A DNA stretch of 64,000 bases, from positions 60,574,001 to 60,638,000 of the forward strand of contig OZ260661.1 of the NCBI GenBank assembly GCA_965285935.1, read 5' to 3'. Source of the stretch: Ophelia neglecta. Lineage: Eukaryota. Numbering within the stretch: the stretch's first letter is position 1; each line of letters opens with the position of its first letter. Below, piece by piece: positions 25,101 to 38,378 of the stretch. Below the pieces are notes generated by a model. It searched no databases, was not told the DNA's origin, and saw nothing but the letters and a program-made list of their open reading frames with translations. The position numbers were made by a program, and so were the translations under genes.

Positions 25101-28100
25101 ATGTCTATAGTCCGTATAATGCCAAGGTTTGATGGACATAAATATTTGTTTCCAACAATTTTCATAGGACTAGTTTGTTATATGGACACTGGTCTGGCCA
25201 AGACCCATGTACCCGATTGACCACTATATATTTTTTACTATAAGCATACATCCCTATGGCAGACTAACATTTTCTATGACCGTTGTAAAAAAAAGTACCA
25301 TATCCTGTAAACAAATCGTTTATAGTAACAACTTAGATAGAATCTACGGCTACATTTCTTTAGAAATGTTATTAGTAATAATTCTTTGGCTGAAATAGAG
25401 ATTACAGTGTAATCCGTATACAGTCAGGCCTATTGGGGAACAGTTGACCAATTTGTGTGCACTCGGCCTAGTGCGAAGCAAATTAAGTCAATACAAATGT
25501 GCTTCGAATATCACCGAATATAATAAGCTAGAGAATTCAGAGTACACCAATGATAGAAGGGGATATTCGATGAACATTGGGGTATGAAATTAGCATTATC
25601 AGGGGAAATATTGCGCATTGCCTCGGGTCCGAGGGGATACAATTAGTTTGCAAAGAGCAAATACATCTAATAAGCTCCAACACGTGTTCGATTTTTTGTT
25701 TTGTATTCAAGGAACACAGACGGCGAGCACAATACCCAGCGAATTACTGGATCGTTATTATTCACCCTTCTGTCTCGGCGCATCGCGCTGCGCATACCGG
25801 ATGACAAAGGGTCATGACCCGTAGCCGGCTCCGGGCCGACGCAGACGACCAACTGCGCAGCGTCGAGGTTAGGGCTGTCATCGGTAAAATTGCTCCCCCT
25901 ATTGCCGGTGATCTCTCCCCGGCCCGTGTCTGCGACACTTGTCTTTCACAATCACGCCACCAGATCGACCTCAGGGTCAAACTTTTCATGCCATTCCAAA
26001 TCCATCTAAAATAATCAACATGAGCGATTGTGCCGCCCTCAGCTTGTACTATGTAACACTAAAACGGGGAGGAAGCTAACAAAACAAACGAAATCATTCA
26101 AACTTGACAAGCAAACCGAAATACTAACGAGGTAGTAGTGACAAGCCAAAAAACAGTGTCACGGGCTCCATGAATTACAACATACATGATATTGTATGGC
26201 GAATTCTTTAGGTATTTTCTGGACAGTCTAAAGAAAAATCTGGTTAGATTGCAATAGAACTGGCCTTAAGAAACTATGAGATTTGAAACAAACATAATTT
26301 CTACAAAAGGTCTGTTTTAAATACATAACATGAATGAAGAGCGCATGCGAGCACATTTATAGTGACATCATTCATTCATGTATTTAGATTATTTAAGGGC
26401 CTTTAGAAATAATGTTAATTATACCTCATGAAAAAACCTTCAACAGTACAAAACCTCATGAACATTCCTATCAAACTTTAAATTCACTACCAAAAGGAGT
26501 CCTTGTGCTGACACATGCATGGACATATTGATAAATATTCTCATGGCGAGACATCAACTAAATGCATGACATAATTCTGCTATAATCTATTAATTGATAC
26601 TATTTATGACCCTATATCCACGCACGATAATTAGATTGCTTGGTAATTTGTTTTTAAATACACGCCAATAACTACCTCAATAAAATCAATCATTGAATAC
26701 AGCATAATTTGTTCTCGGAAGTCATATTATTGATATAATTGACATCATAACAACATAGGATATAATTTATGTTCATTTTGTCACATGTAAAGAGGCCCAG
26801 AAGCGATCAAATAGCCCTGTTAATTATTACATCCCACTAGTCACATATACAATCATGGTCGTCCGCTTCGTTCAGGAGAGGCCCCCTAGGCACTGGAAAA
26901 GGACCATGTGCCTGGAACGAGGTGGAAACAAACGATGGGGATGGAAGGTCTAGTAGGGTGTGATTGATGAGGAGTCACAGAGAATAAACCAGCCCATACT
27001 CCAGTTAGTGAGCACGTGGTTACGCAAAAACCACCACGACTACTCTCGTAGTAAATACACACTGATAAGGCCATGTAGTCGGCTTACGACTTTAAGCAGA
27101 AGGAAAACGCTATTATTTAGATCATCTACTGTTATTTTAATGAATCTAAAGCCGGTAATATAATGTATAAGGCGGTTCTCTATATTTTTACGGTGAAATA
27201 CTGAACTTCACAGCTGAAAGCAATGTATATTTCGTTTGAGTTAAACAGTTCAATTGGATGGCTAGAAGGTTAACAATATGGAGGACACATTTAAAACGGC
27301 TGGTGTGTAATGCATACAAGCAGGACATAGGAATGTATATAAGTTCCCAAACTATCTGCACAACAACGTGTTCAATGTCCAAGCAAATAAAACTGATCCC
27401 TCTGAAATAGCTTATCAGGGCTAACAACTACGTACTCAAACTCTCCAGTCGGACAAAATTTAAAATCTGACCTTATTGTATTACAAGTTTTCGTTGCCAA
27501 GCTGTCTGCTCGCCAAGCGGCGCAAATAACATCAAATTCTGGCCGAGCGACTTGGCAGAAAGTCGTATCAATTTACCAAAACCACGAGCGACCCTATTTA
27601 CCTAGCGGCAACTGTTGCAATTCGTTTGAGAGCTGTAGGGAATGGAGACTGTTCGATGAGAATTGACAGTCAGGATCGCTGGGTAAAGTGATACTAGGCC
27701 AGATATCTGCCCGAAACTAACCCGACTGGCTGAGAAATACGCTCGGAAAGGGCTAGCAAATCGCCTGCTACTATAATTACAGGCGTTAAAATCAATTATA
27801 GCTTACCAAATTTATATAAACCTAAAAACAGAAACCTCAACAAATTCAACTAAAGTTTATCATACGTTTAAGAATAAACACACTTCAAATTGTTTGTTTT
27901 TATTCTATTGGGATTCCTATACAACGGGCAGCTGTCTCCAACCGCAATATTTGTAAAGCTGTTATGATGAACTTTAACAATTATATTAACATTTCTCAAG
28001 GTGCATGACACAATTAGTGTTTGCATTAAAGATGAGAAGTGTTCAACCAATAGGATAAGTTGTTACAAAGTAGTGCTAAAAGCAGGCTGAAATTGTTCTC

Positions 28101-31100
28101 GGTTGAAAAAAGACCAAAAACTTATTTGGCAGAGCGGCGTAAATTGCTATGTTTTGTGCCAAAGGCGACAACAAGCGGTAGTAGCAGGTCAATTGTAACA
28201 CATTTAATGGGTAATATGGTGGTAAGAAAAACCAGATAAGCCTCTCAGAACTGCATTATTTGCCGCCATTTCACGGCAAATAAGTTTATGGCTTTTGCAA
28301 CAGTCTTTGCATAGAGAACCTATAATTTCAGCTCCCTACATGAGTTTTTCACACGAGAAATGCCGTTAAGGCATCTTAGCGAATATTTGCTGCAGACATT
28401 GACAAGCTATCTGTAACAAATTCGATGTGATAAGAGAGCTAGCGAGCTGTGTCGAAAATAAGATCAAAACTTGTTTTGGAATGTTTATGAGTGTTCCCGT
28501 GCATTCTATACACCTTATATAATTTGAACTTACAGACCTCAATTGGCATTCAGGTTTGGGGATTGCTTTAACAAGGCCAGCCAGGCATAAGCAATCAAAA
28601 CGGTATAAATCAGACATCAGTGTGCCCTTTATATATCTTTCAAGTAATAAAATTTTGCTTTTGAATTCTAACAGTCACCTGTCAAGTTCTGAAGCCACTT
28701 ACTAGATTTTCTGAACAAACTGACTCGACTCAAATAAGCTATAGAAATAAACGATTGAGCCAACAAAAGATGGAAAATATTGAGAAAGGGATGTTAACAT
28801 AAAATCAATACATCTGGCGTTTAATCAATACAGCTCAACATTCCTGTTTGGGGCCCTACCAACTTTAAGGTATGTGGTGAAAATGGATAAGAAACATTTT
28901 TAAAAATCTAACTTGTCCGGGCCTGTAGGGGTTAAGTATTGGCCAAGGAACATGGATGAACCAGTTACAAACGTTGCACGATATCTCTATGTCTGTATTT
29001 CATCCACTTTTCAAAGACAGATCAAATTGAAAGGGAGCAGAGGGGTGAAACTCAAGTTGGCGTCTCTGATAGTATCATTCTGTACAGGGCGTTTGAATGT
29101 CCACAATGGCTATTGGATTGAGGATCGGAGCTCTCAAGGATAGCATAGAAGTCACAGCACAAATCATCCCCAGACCCAATATAAAACTGTGAATTGAGGC
29201 CCGATAAGCCTGGTTAGGAAGAACTCAGTAAATCGCTCTTAAGATTGAGCTACAAAGCCATTGAATTAAAGAACACCCCCCGACAATCTCTGGAATGAAC
29301 CCCCAAATAATGACTAGTTCTAAGGAGAGATGGGTAGCTTGTTGAAATTGAATGACATTGGCTAACCTCTGGCCCTGCAGGGGCAGGAGGCTGAGCCAGG
29401 CTGGAGAAGGGCCTGTTTTAAGCGGGCTTCAAACTACGGGAGGTCAGCCGAAAATCTTGACAGGCCGTCAGCCTTTTCACATGAGTTTTCACTAAATGTG
29501 TCAGCTCCAGCAAATGAAATGGAAGATACATTCGGCCAGCGGCCAGGCTGAATAGTTGGTTACTTGCTTGCAACTCTGTATCGGAATTAAACCAAATAAT
29601 TCATAAACATGGTCACGAATGCCACCGCACCAGCTTTGTGTTGGTCTATACCTTCGCAACTTTTTGTGGAGCGGAAGCCCGAGAGGTCTAAATAGAAATA
29701 GATCACATGGGGAAAGGTCATAAGAATAATCAATAGAATTAAATGTTATTGGAATATCAATCAATAAATTGGTCTATAGACCCAAGGGATGCCATCCTGC
29801 TCCATAGTGCATAGCGCTGTGGGAAATATATTCAATAGAATAGCTGCTTGGCCTATATTAAAGCATGCCATTTGGAATTATGTTATTGCATTTGCAAGTA
29901 AGGTCACGAAAATTATTTGTATGGCATTTTTCACTCGACTATCATTTATTTCTGTACATTAGGTTAGACAGCAATATATGACTCGGCCTGATGTTATTTA
30001 TATTAAAAGTGAAACGTTTACTCACACAAATTTCTAACTGAACCTGTATAAATATTACAATACCCGTTTTAGAGCATTGATAAACTTTGTTTGAGGGCTC
30101 TGTTCAGTACGAATATAAGAATAAATCCAGGTCTGTGCTGTGTGCCTTCATTCGTTAAGATATTGGTATAGGACCAGAAGTTTAATCGGAATAAAGGTTT
30201 AGTCTCCTGGCTCAGCGATGAATTAGGGCGTGCCAATAAGTTCGATAGGTTGGACGGCGTTGAAATGACATGAGATAGAAATGGACAAAACCAATCTCGA
30301 TCCACTCCACCCAAATCCTATTAGCTGCCCATACGACTGGTCATTGTTTTCATTTCCCTTCTTGACCAAGTTGACCCCGCCTAGCTAGCCTGTCAATTAC
30401 ATTGTCAATTTAGGCTTGATTCATGCGGCTTTAATCGGGGCCCTCTCATACTTGAAGCCAGTAAACGGGGCCTCCAGTAAGTGATAGAAGTTTGAGATGA
30501 GCCCTGTAAAATCTGGTCTTCTATCCCAGTGCAGTTGACAAACTTCCATTGCATATTGTTGATCAAGACCCTTGACAAAGGAGCTGAGTAAAGACGTCAT
30601 AAAACCGGGATTGGTGCCCAAATAAGGTGGAATCGTCTCCATTCTGGATAATAATTTCCGTGATTGGGAACGAACAAAGGGGGCAGCCGTCTCATCAACT
30701 AAATAGATAATCTCAAAACCAATCTTATCATGACCGGCACAGTCGGAGCAAATACACGCAATTTCCCCAAATATCACGTGGATCGGACGAGGAAAAAGAT
30801 ACAGGTTTTATCTATTATGGGTCGACAATATGTGCTTTGGACGTCAGGATTTGGCGGCTGGTTTTTGGCCGCTGACTTGTATATATTTCAACTCGTCAGA
30901 CTTCTAGAATGTTTTTCCTTACCATCACTCTATAGGCGGTTTTCTTGCCCGATCTGCGTGTTACTCCCATGACATCCAAACTGCGAGCAGACACATTTTG
31001 CAGACGATATTATCTTTCAAACCTTCCCGCCCCAACTACCAACTCCTTCCACGGGAGATATTCTTTCTGCGCTCTCGCTGAAAGAAGTGCGAGTTGGTGA

Positions 31101-32129
31101 TTTACCAACTCAACACATAGCCCGAAATGAAGCAAAAAACGGTCCCTTTAAAAAGCGCCAATGACCGAGTATTATTTATAATCTACTGCAGAAATCAATG
31201 ATATGATCTCGGTCGAATTTTTTCTAACATTTTATACATTATTCATTACCACTTACATTAGATTCGGGAAGCCTTCAAACACCATTCACCGCTGACAAAA
31301 CCTAGGGTGTTGGACAACTGTCTAATGTTTCAACGATTTGCAGCAGCAGTTACTCATTAATTTTGATAGCAAAAATACGAACTATCCTTGCACCAGATAA
31401 TATTGCCTAAAGGAAAAGTATTGCAAAATACCTAGGGCGTTGCAAGCAATGTGCTAAAATCAACATGCATACAAACGATATAGCGAACCGATAAATATTC
31501 AACAAGGCATATTCATAATGATACAAACATAAACAAGCACTAGTCGGTTGTGGTTTTAAGTCAGAATATTTTTTTGTAAACTTAAGCCCCATGGATCCTA
31601 CAGAGAAGATAATTTGCTACAGTCTTTGCGGCTTGTTATTTCGTTGCTCAATTTGTTTCATTTTGGCTTCAGGCACTGGATGGTTAAGTTGTACTGTTGA
31701 ACCGTTAAACACCATTTGGCCTCCGATCATCATCAAACATGCAAAATGGTTGCACCTCTGTAAGTTGCTCATAGACAAAAAGCTCCCCAGAGCGTGATGT
31801 AGCTGCTCTCGAGGCGTCCGTAGTACTACGCCACTATTCCTGGCTTTAAAAGTGTGAATTGTATCGACTCACCCGGATATAGTACTTAATATTCGTTTAG
31901 AGTTGTGATAGAGTGATTTGAGGTCGGCAAGTCGTTGTTAAGTGCTCCCCGTTACGTTCCTAGTAAATATTGTCTGCAGCCGACCGGCTTAACTGCGACC
32001 CTCTGATGTTACTCCGATAAATCATCGTAAAATCTATCCTTGCTTTTCTCGGCACACGCGTCTGCAAGTAACAAATTGCTGCATGGCGATGTTCACACAT
32101 AACGTCGCCCCGTGTCGCGCCCTCCCATC

Positions 32130-32281
32130 AAAAGGTCCTGGTGAATGAGCCACCAAATAATAAATTATATCAGCAACAAGTTGCCAGGACCTTTTCACCC
32201 CTTTAATCAGCGGAGAGGAAGCCTGCTATCACAGCAGATTATCACACCCCTGCCCAGGGTAAGTACGTGGGGCAAGGGGTG
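32130..32281. other. Cluster of inverted repeats / candidate structured RNA element
   Basis: AAAAGGTCCTGG (32130-41) / CCAGGACCTTTT (32184-95) is a perfect 12-bp inverted repeat. CACCCCTGCCC (32245-55) / GGGCA-A-GGGGTG (32270-81) forms an 11-bp stem with one bulge. Confidence 0.5.
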
Positions 32282-32302
32282 ATTTTACGCGAGCCAAAAG
32301 GG

Positions 32303-32333
32303 TGATTGATGACAAGACGCCATCTTGCTGTCA
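32303..32333. promoter_or_regulatory. Pbx/Hox site plus Meis/Prep site
   Basis: TGATTGATGA at 32303 and CTGTCA at 32328-32333, the arrangement of trimeric Hox-Pbx-Meis enhancers. A YY1-like GCCATCTTG lies between them. Confidence 0.35.
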
Positions 32334-33053
32334 GCCCCTATATGTTGATGCCTCGATCTCTATCGAATGGCCATAGATTGACGAGGTAGAAAGAACAGTC
32401 GCTTACCAAGTTCAGGTCTATTCCCTCGCCTCCCGCCCCTCACCTCCAGCCATTAAAACTGACCCCTATAATTAATAGCCTCCAAACTAGCGCCACTTCT
32501 TCAGCGAGAATGAAAAGAGATGGTAAATTCCAATGGATTCGATGATTTCCGTCCAAACTGTGCAAAAGAACACCTTCTAGTGATCACCGATAGATAGAGA
32601 GATGAAATATATTACCTGTGGTTCTAGTTGCCAACGAAAGATAAATGGGAGGCCTGACATTCGCCAGTTCTCGCTCATAAACGCACTTCACATGCAAATG
32701 ACTTGGAAGCGAGGCAGTCAACGCTACATACACATATACCCACAATACGGGCCCACACACCGTTACCGCTCACGTGGTTTCCTAAAGCTCCGCACCCCCT
32801 GTCGCTTCACCGCCATTTTCTCGGTCCCCCGACAATAGGAGGGTAGTAAAACTTATTTTCTCCAGACACCATCTTGATTGGCCCCCAATCAATCACATGA
32901 AAAATGTCCCCAATGACCCTCGCATGCATAACTCGCAAGGCTAACTGGATAGTCCATAGCTTACGGTGCATTTTTAGCAAATAAGCAATAAATAAACAAT
33001 GGATTGAAGAAAACATCACAAAAGGTATGTACCTGTTAATAATATTTCCTTAC

Positions 33054-33233
33054 CTTTCAGACACTCCCGATGAATGGGGATGTTTATCGAAGTTTGGCGA
33101 GGCGCAACTTGCGGAGCAGACGACTCCCAGCACTCTTCACATCTTAGCGCCAGATCAGTTTATAACCATTCAACATGGCCGACTCATTACCATGGCAACG
33201 CACAGAAACTCGATACTGGCGCCGTATTTCAAT
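33054..33233 (-). other. Candidate non-coding (Hox3 5' leader) exon, 180 nt
   Basis: Acceptor CCTCTGTCCTTCTGCTTCAG| (CAG 33236-33234) and donor AAAG|GTAAGG (GT 33053-33052). The interval is more GC-rich than its flanks and contains short uORFs and an RFX-like ATTACCATGGCAAC. Confidence 0.45.
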
Positions 33234-34319
33234 CTGAAGCAGAAGGACAGAGGCACTATAAAACCCACTATATGCTCCAATAAAGCGCTTTGTACCAAAT
33301 GAAAATTGTTTTGTGTCTTTTTTATTAAGTTTTCCATCACATGCAAAGTAGCAATGAAAATTAAAAGCTGTCAATCTGAGCTCGAGGTTGTAGAGAGACG
33401 GTGGGAGATGCCCTCGCACATGTACTGATATGGAGTAGTATCCTACCGAGAGAACTTTAGAACATAAATTCTCACGATCATTAACTGTTAACAGTTTTTC
33501 AGGGTAACTCGGGAAAGTGTAATATGAAAAAGTGGCGCTTAGATATATTGTGGATACCTTTGTGTTGCTAAATTAAATACCCAAGGACTGCTGTGCTGGC
33601 ATTTAAGATAAATGTATAGCATAAAGGTTCTTTAAGAGTATCAAATAAATAAAAATACAATCAAATTAAACGAAACAATGAAATGAAAGGAAGTGGTTGG
33701 GTGTATACGGTGAAAGTGTTGACGTGTACGATGATTTATAGGAAAGTAATTATGTCAAAATATAGAAAGTTTAAGTCATAATAGTTAATACAATCCTTTT
33801 AATTGGAGATATAAAAGCCTCTTGAATGAATTAAATGTGTGAGCTTATTCATTATCGCTTGCCAAAGGAAAAATTTAATTAAGAAGACTCAAGTTCTTAT
33901 AGTATTAATTACTATCGACTGAAAGAAGACTAAGGTTACTATAATTTAAGCATACATAATATAACATTTTACTGTATAAAGAGTTTCAGAAAGGCGCGCA
34001 CCGGAAGAGATTGAATCCCACGATGTTTATTTTATCACCAATTCAAATATGTAGAGCTATATTAAATCAGTAAGTGAAGTGGTATATAGATTTATGTTCT
34101 GACAGGAATGGTGTCGAAAAAATATTTGTGTGCAATGCCTCTGGGAGTGATATCTCCAATAACAAGCAGGGGGCAGCAGTTTGGCTGGCGTGGAATGCGG
34201 GCGGCTACACAATGACCCATTGACCTTCCAGTGCAATTGAGTCATTGTGGAACTTGGCATCTGTGACTCTACTTCGAGTACACATTTGTAGTTGTGCAGG
34301 CGTGTACACATGTGTGCGT

Positions 34320-34438
34320 GGGTGGCTGGGGGGGGGGGGGGGCAGGGAATGTTTGAGTACAGCTGTAGGAGAGTGGAAGCAGGGAAATATTATGCAAGGT
34401 AATGAGCGGATGGCATGATGGAGGATGGGGGGGGGGGG
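34320..34438 (+). repeat. Two poly-G runs (G15 at 34328-34342, G12 at 34427-34438)
   Basis: Direct reading; G4-capable context GGGTGGCT-G15-CAGGG. Confidence 0.85.
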
Positions 34439-37400
34439 AGCCGCAGGCCTCATTAATTGCATGATAGTGCTCCCTTATATCCCTGAGTTGACGCATTATT
34501 TTAACCATTTTTTTGCGTCGAAGTAGTGCTGACGCCTTTATATAATGGGTACTTGGGCATTTTGTTCCTAAAAAAACATGCAATTGTTAATAAAAATTAT
34601 ATACTTTATCTGTTAAATGCTAACATATAGGAATTTAATATACCGTTATCTAATCAGAATACCAGCAAATCATATAAACATAAAAATTGACAGTTTTCTC
34701 ATTCAAGAAACTGTGGCCTACTAACTTAAAACATTTCACTTGGAGTAACTTGATTGAACCCACTCTTAAATAAAACATGTAGCGAAGTATAATAATTTAG
34801 CCTCTTCTGAAACATTACTATTAATATTATTAACTATTGGTCTATAGGTATGCATAATTATTTTGGGAAATACAGACACGATAAGTTTGGGGACGAAAAG
34901 TCCACGGTACAAGCTTTCGGTTTTCGTCTGGAGATGTACATTTCGGGCTACCGGATTATAGTCCTGGACATGTCAAAATGACTCAAATTTATTTACATAC
35001 TTATATTGGACCGGGGATTAGGGCTATACATGAGAGATAGGTGTGGTAAATACACATGGCACATCAGAAAATCCTTAATGTCTCGATCTTGTACTTGAAG
35101 GATTTAAAATCGGGGATCTGTCGGGGGATAAATCTCTGCTAAATAAATTTACTTACTTGTATCATTATATCTGTTAGGTAAGAGCTAGGGATTTTATGTG
35201 GCATTATAAAATACAACGATTATATTATATAAATTATGTGATAGTTGAAAATAAACTGTAGTAAATTTTGATATAAATTTGAATTTCTTTCTAGTTCGCA
35301 TAAGTAAAGGTAGGCATCCTATGCCTATTTGTAATTTATTGAAATGATGAATAGATTATTTATTTTACTACCATCAGAGACTCCACCATACTGGTTATGG
35401 AAATCGAAGTAGGCTATTCCCCAAAAAGTGTCAATGTTATACAATGAGCGTCTGGCTAAAATTGACAAAAATGATAATCATGCGGATGCCAGCCAATTAC
35501 AAGCCGAAGTTTGGTCACGTGAAGTACAATAATCGGTGGAATTTGAGAAGCTTTGCCGCCTCCAATAATCTCAATATAAAAACCCCGATAGTAAAAAAAC
35601 ATGTCTGTTGAATAAATCATGATCTACCCAATAGAATAATACAAATTAATTCAATAATATGCCATAAGACAGAAATGATATAAATATGCTTTAGGAGAAT
35701 GGTGAATTTTGTATTCAATATGTCAACTTGGGGCTTTTATATAATACTGAGTGCAACTGCACTCAGTAATCATAAAAACAGACATTTCATTGAAGAAATT
35801 AATGACCTTGCTCTTTTAAATGCCATATTGTTCTTACAATTTTCTGTCTTATGATAACAATCAGTATATATTTCTACATATATAACGTTACATACACATG
35901 TCATACGCTTCTCATCTGTTAAGGAAGGAAACCAGCATAGCACATGACTATAAAACACGTTTTCGGCACCATATATGTCAACAATTGTATTGGTATGATA
36001 TGTGTAGGTTTGATAGGAGGCATTGTGACACAATTGGCATTGGGTGATTTCTCTCAAGTGCTTTGCCTTGAAACTAAGCAGGTCTTAGGAAGTCCCCACT
36101 GCTTACCCCCTCCATCTCTCTCCTTGGTAATTCAGATAGACGTACATTGCCGCGGGCAATGCTACTCTCAGATATACTGTGTTTACAAGAAGATTCTTAA
36201 CTGACAGAAGAACGCTGGAGTAAATGGCAAAGTTTTGCCAGAACCCGAAGATAGGTTCTCTCTAAGATGTTTATCTTTTGGCAACTATGCCTTTGATCAA
36301 GTGAAACACTTTGGAAACAGTATTTTACTTTCTTTTGTTTTTCTCTTAATTTACACAAACATCATAAAACAAAAAGGCAATTTTATTGTTTTATAGACCA
36401 GAAGTTGACTTTGGTTTGCGACATTAAGACAAACCAGTAATATGCCAACTCCGGATCAGCATTCTCAATAACACATCATACCACAGAGAATGAATTTTAT
36501 TTTGCAGAAGTTAAACATTTCTTTTTACAAAGTAACATTAGCATTCTTGAAAACTGGCCACTGTTTATATGCCTGTGTCTACTCAATCGGTTAACATATA
36601 CAGCAGATATGTACTAAAATATGGTGGTATATTCCATGACCTAAAATTGAGGCCGGCGAACGCATAAATTTATGAAATTAATGTAGGCATACGGGTGAGT
36701 ATATCCGTGACCTTAACATTAACTCCCGAGGCCAATTATAAAAATTGTCAGACGTAATCATGTTGGTTAGATTATATAAATGGCAGATTGAGTACTATTT
36801 TTTAAATAATAAATACAGCTTTAAAGCCATATCAATTTACAAAATGTTCACAAATTAAGTTATAAAATTGCCAAGCATAATCTAGTGGCATACGGGTGCT
36901 TTGTATAAACCATCTGAAAACGGCTAGACATATGTGATGGGTCGGCCATAAAGAAAAATAATAATGTGCTATATTATAGCCCAATGGATGTGATTTTGCA
37001 AATAAAGGTAAATTGGACGTTTCATGAAATTAATAAATTAATAAATCCGGCTACTCTATCCTATTCAGGGTTTTATCTTACAAGGACTTCCAATGAAAAA
37101 TTACGATGTCTTACGTGAAAGTAATTAGGTTGTCCAAACCTATATAATTAAGAAGGTCTAACCTATTAAGTAACTCATTCATTGGCCTTTTGACCAGACA
37201 CATAACACCATAATTTATTTAGCGAAGATGTTTCACTGTTTATATTTCATTGTCCTAAATGTTGACATATCTGTCCAATACGGCAAATTGTGTTCAGTCT
37301 TATGATAATATAAAGATTGGCCATACATCTCCGAAAGGTGAAAAATCCCTACAATAAAATAGCATCTAAACAGCTTAATAAAATGATATAAATCAACAGA

Positions 37401-38328
37401 ATAGCCCTACCTTGAGCCTAGGAGTAGATGTCCTGTCTGCGAGACTACACATCAACAAGTACACTGAAAACTACGTAACCCTTTGCATTTGCAACTAAAT
37501 CCCTGCTCTATTGATAGTTCAAGCATATATGACAGACTTAACGGCGTGTCAAACTGCTTCAAACTATACAGCAAACTCCCTTGTTATATTAATGTCATAA
37601 AATTCAAACTAGAATATGGCAGGGTGAATTTCACTAGTTTTACAACATCCATAATGAGAGCCATAAAACGTAGACTAGATAACCTCAAAGTCGGCCAAGT
37701 CTCCACCCTTCTGGAAAGTCACTTTTAATAGGGCTTCCCTACTGCTTTGGGGGATGCTTCATTTATCTGAAATCTTGGCAAGAGAATAATTTCTTTATGG
37801 CAGGTCTGGCTTGTCTGCTAGATAGAGACGTCAAGGCAATTAATACCAAGCCCAACTACAATAAGCTTTGTTCAAGTTATCTGTGTAGACTTCCTGAAAT
37901 TTGCCATCTCCGGTCTCTATCAATAAATAATTTATGCAAATGTTTCTCATAACTCTTAGAATGTCTTCTTGTTTTCTGGGCAATGTTTTAAAACATTTTA
38001 AATGTGACATTCGTCTCGTAGAGGCATGACTTGTCATACGTACAAGTAGTCACGTCTGTGGATTTATTTCAATACATTGATTTTCTTGGATATACAAATT
38101 AAACCAGTCAAGTCACGTCAAGGTAAGATTTTTGTTTAGTTTCAAGGACACTTAACGATGTCGGTTTCAGTTGAAATCAGGAAACCTGTGTTAAAATCAT
38201 TGTAGAAGGCATATCACACATCAAACTCTGCTATCTTGGCCAATTTCTTCACACCTCATTAACAAGGCGTAATGGAGGTCCGTATCGAGAGATCTTATCA
38301 TCATTAGTCAAGGGACTGGTCCCTACAA

Positions 38329-38378
38329 TGACGTAATGGCTGACATAACCGCGCCAATAGTGACGTAAACTGACGAAA
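38329..38378 (+). promoter_or_regulatory. Homotypic bZIP (CREB/ATF/PAR-type) site cluster with CCAAT
   Basis: TGACGTAA 38329, TGACATAA 38341, CCAAT 38354, TGACGTAA 38361 and TGACGAAA 38371. Confidence 0.4.

Noticed and set aside
25764-25812. Imperfect hairpin ACCCTT...AAGGGT with vague miR-10 resemblance
   Set aside because: Only ~50 nt, several asymmetric bulges and a seed mismatch.
27807-27821. 15-nt minus micro-exon (TTTCTGTTTTTAG|...|GTAAGC)
   Set aside because: The acceptor is good but the exon is very small and alternative donors are ambiguous; insufficient support.
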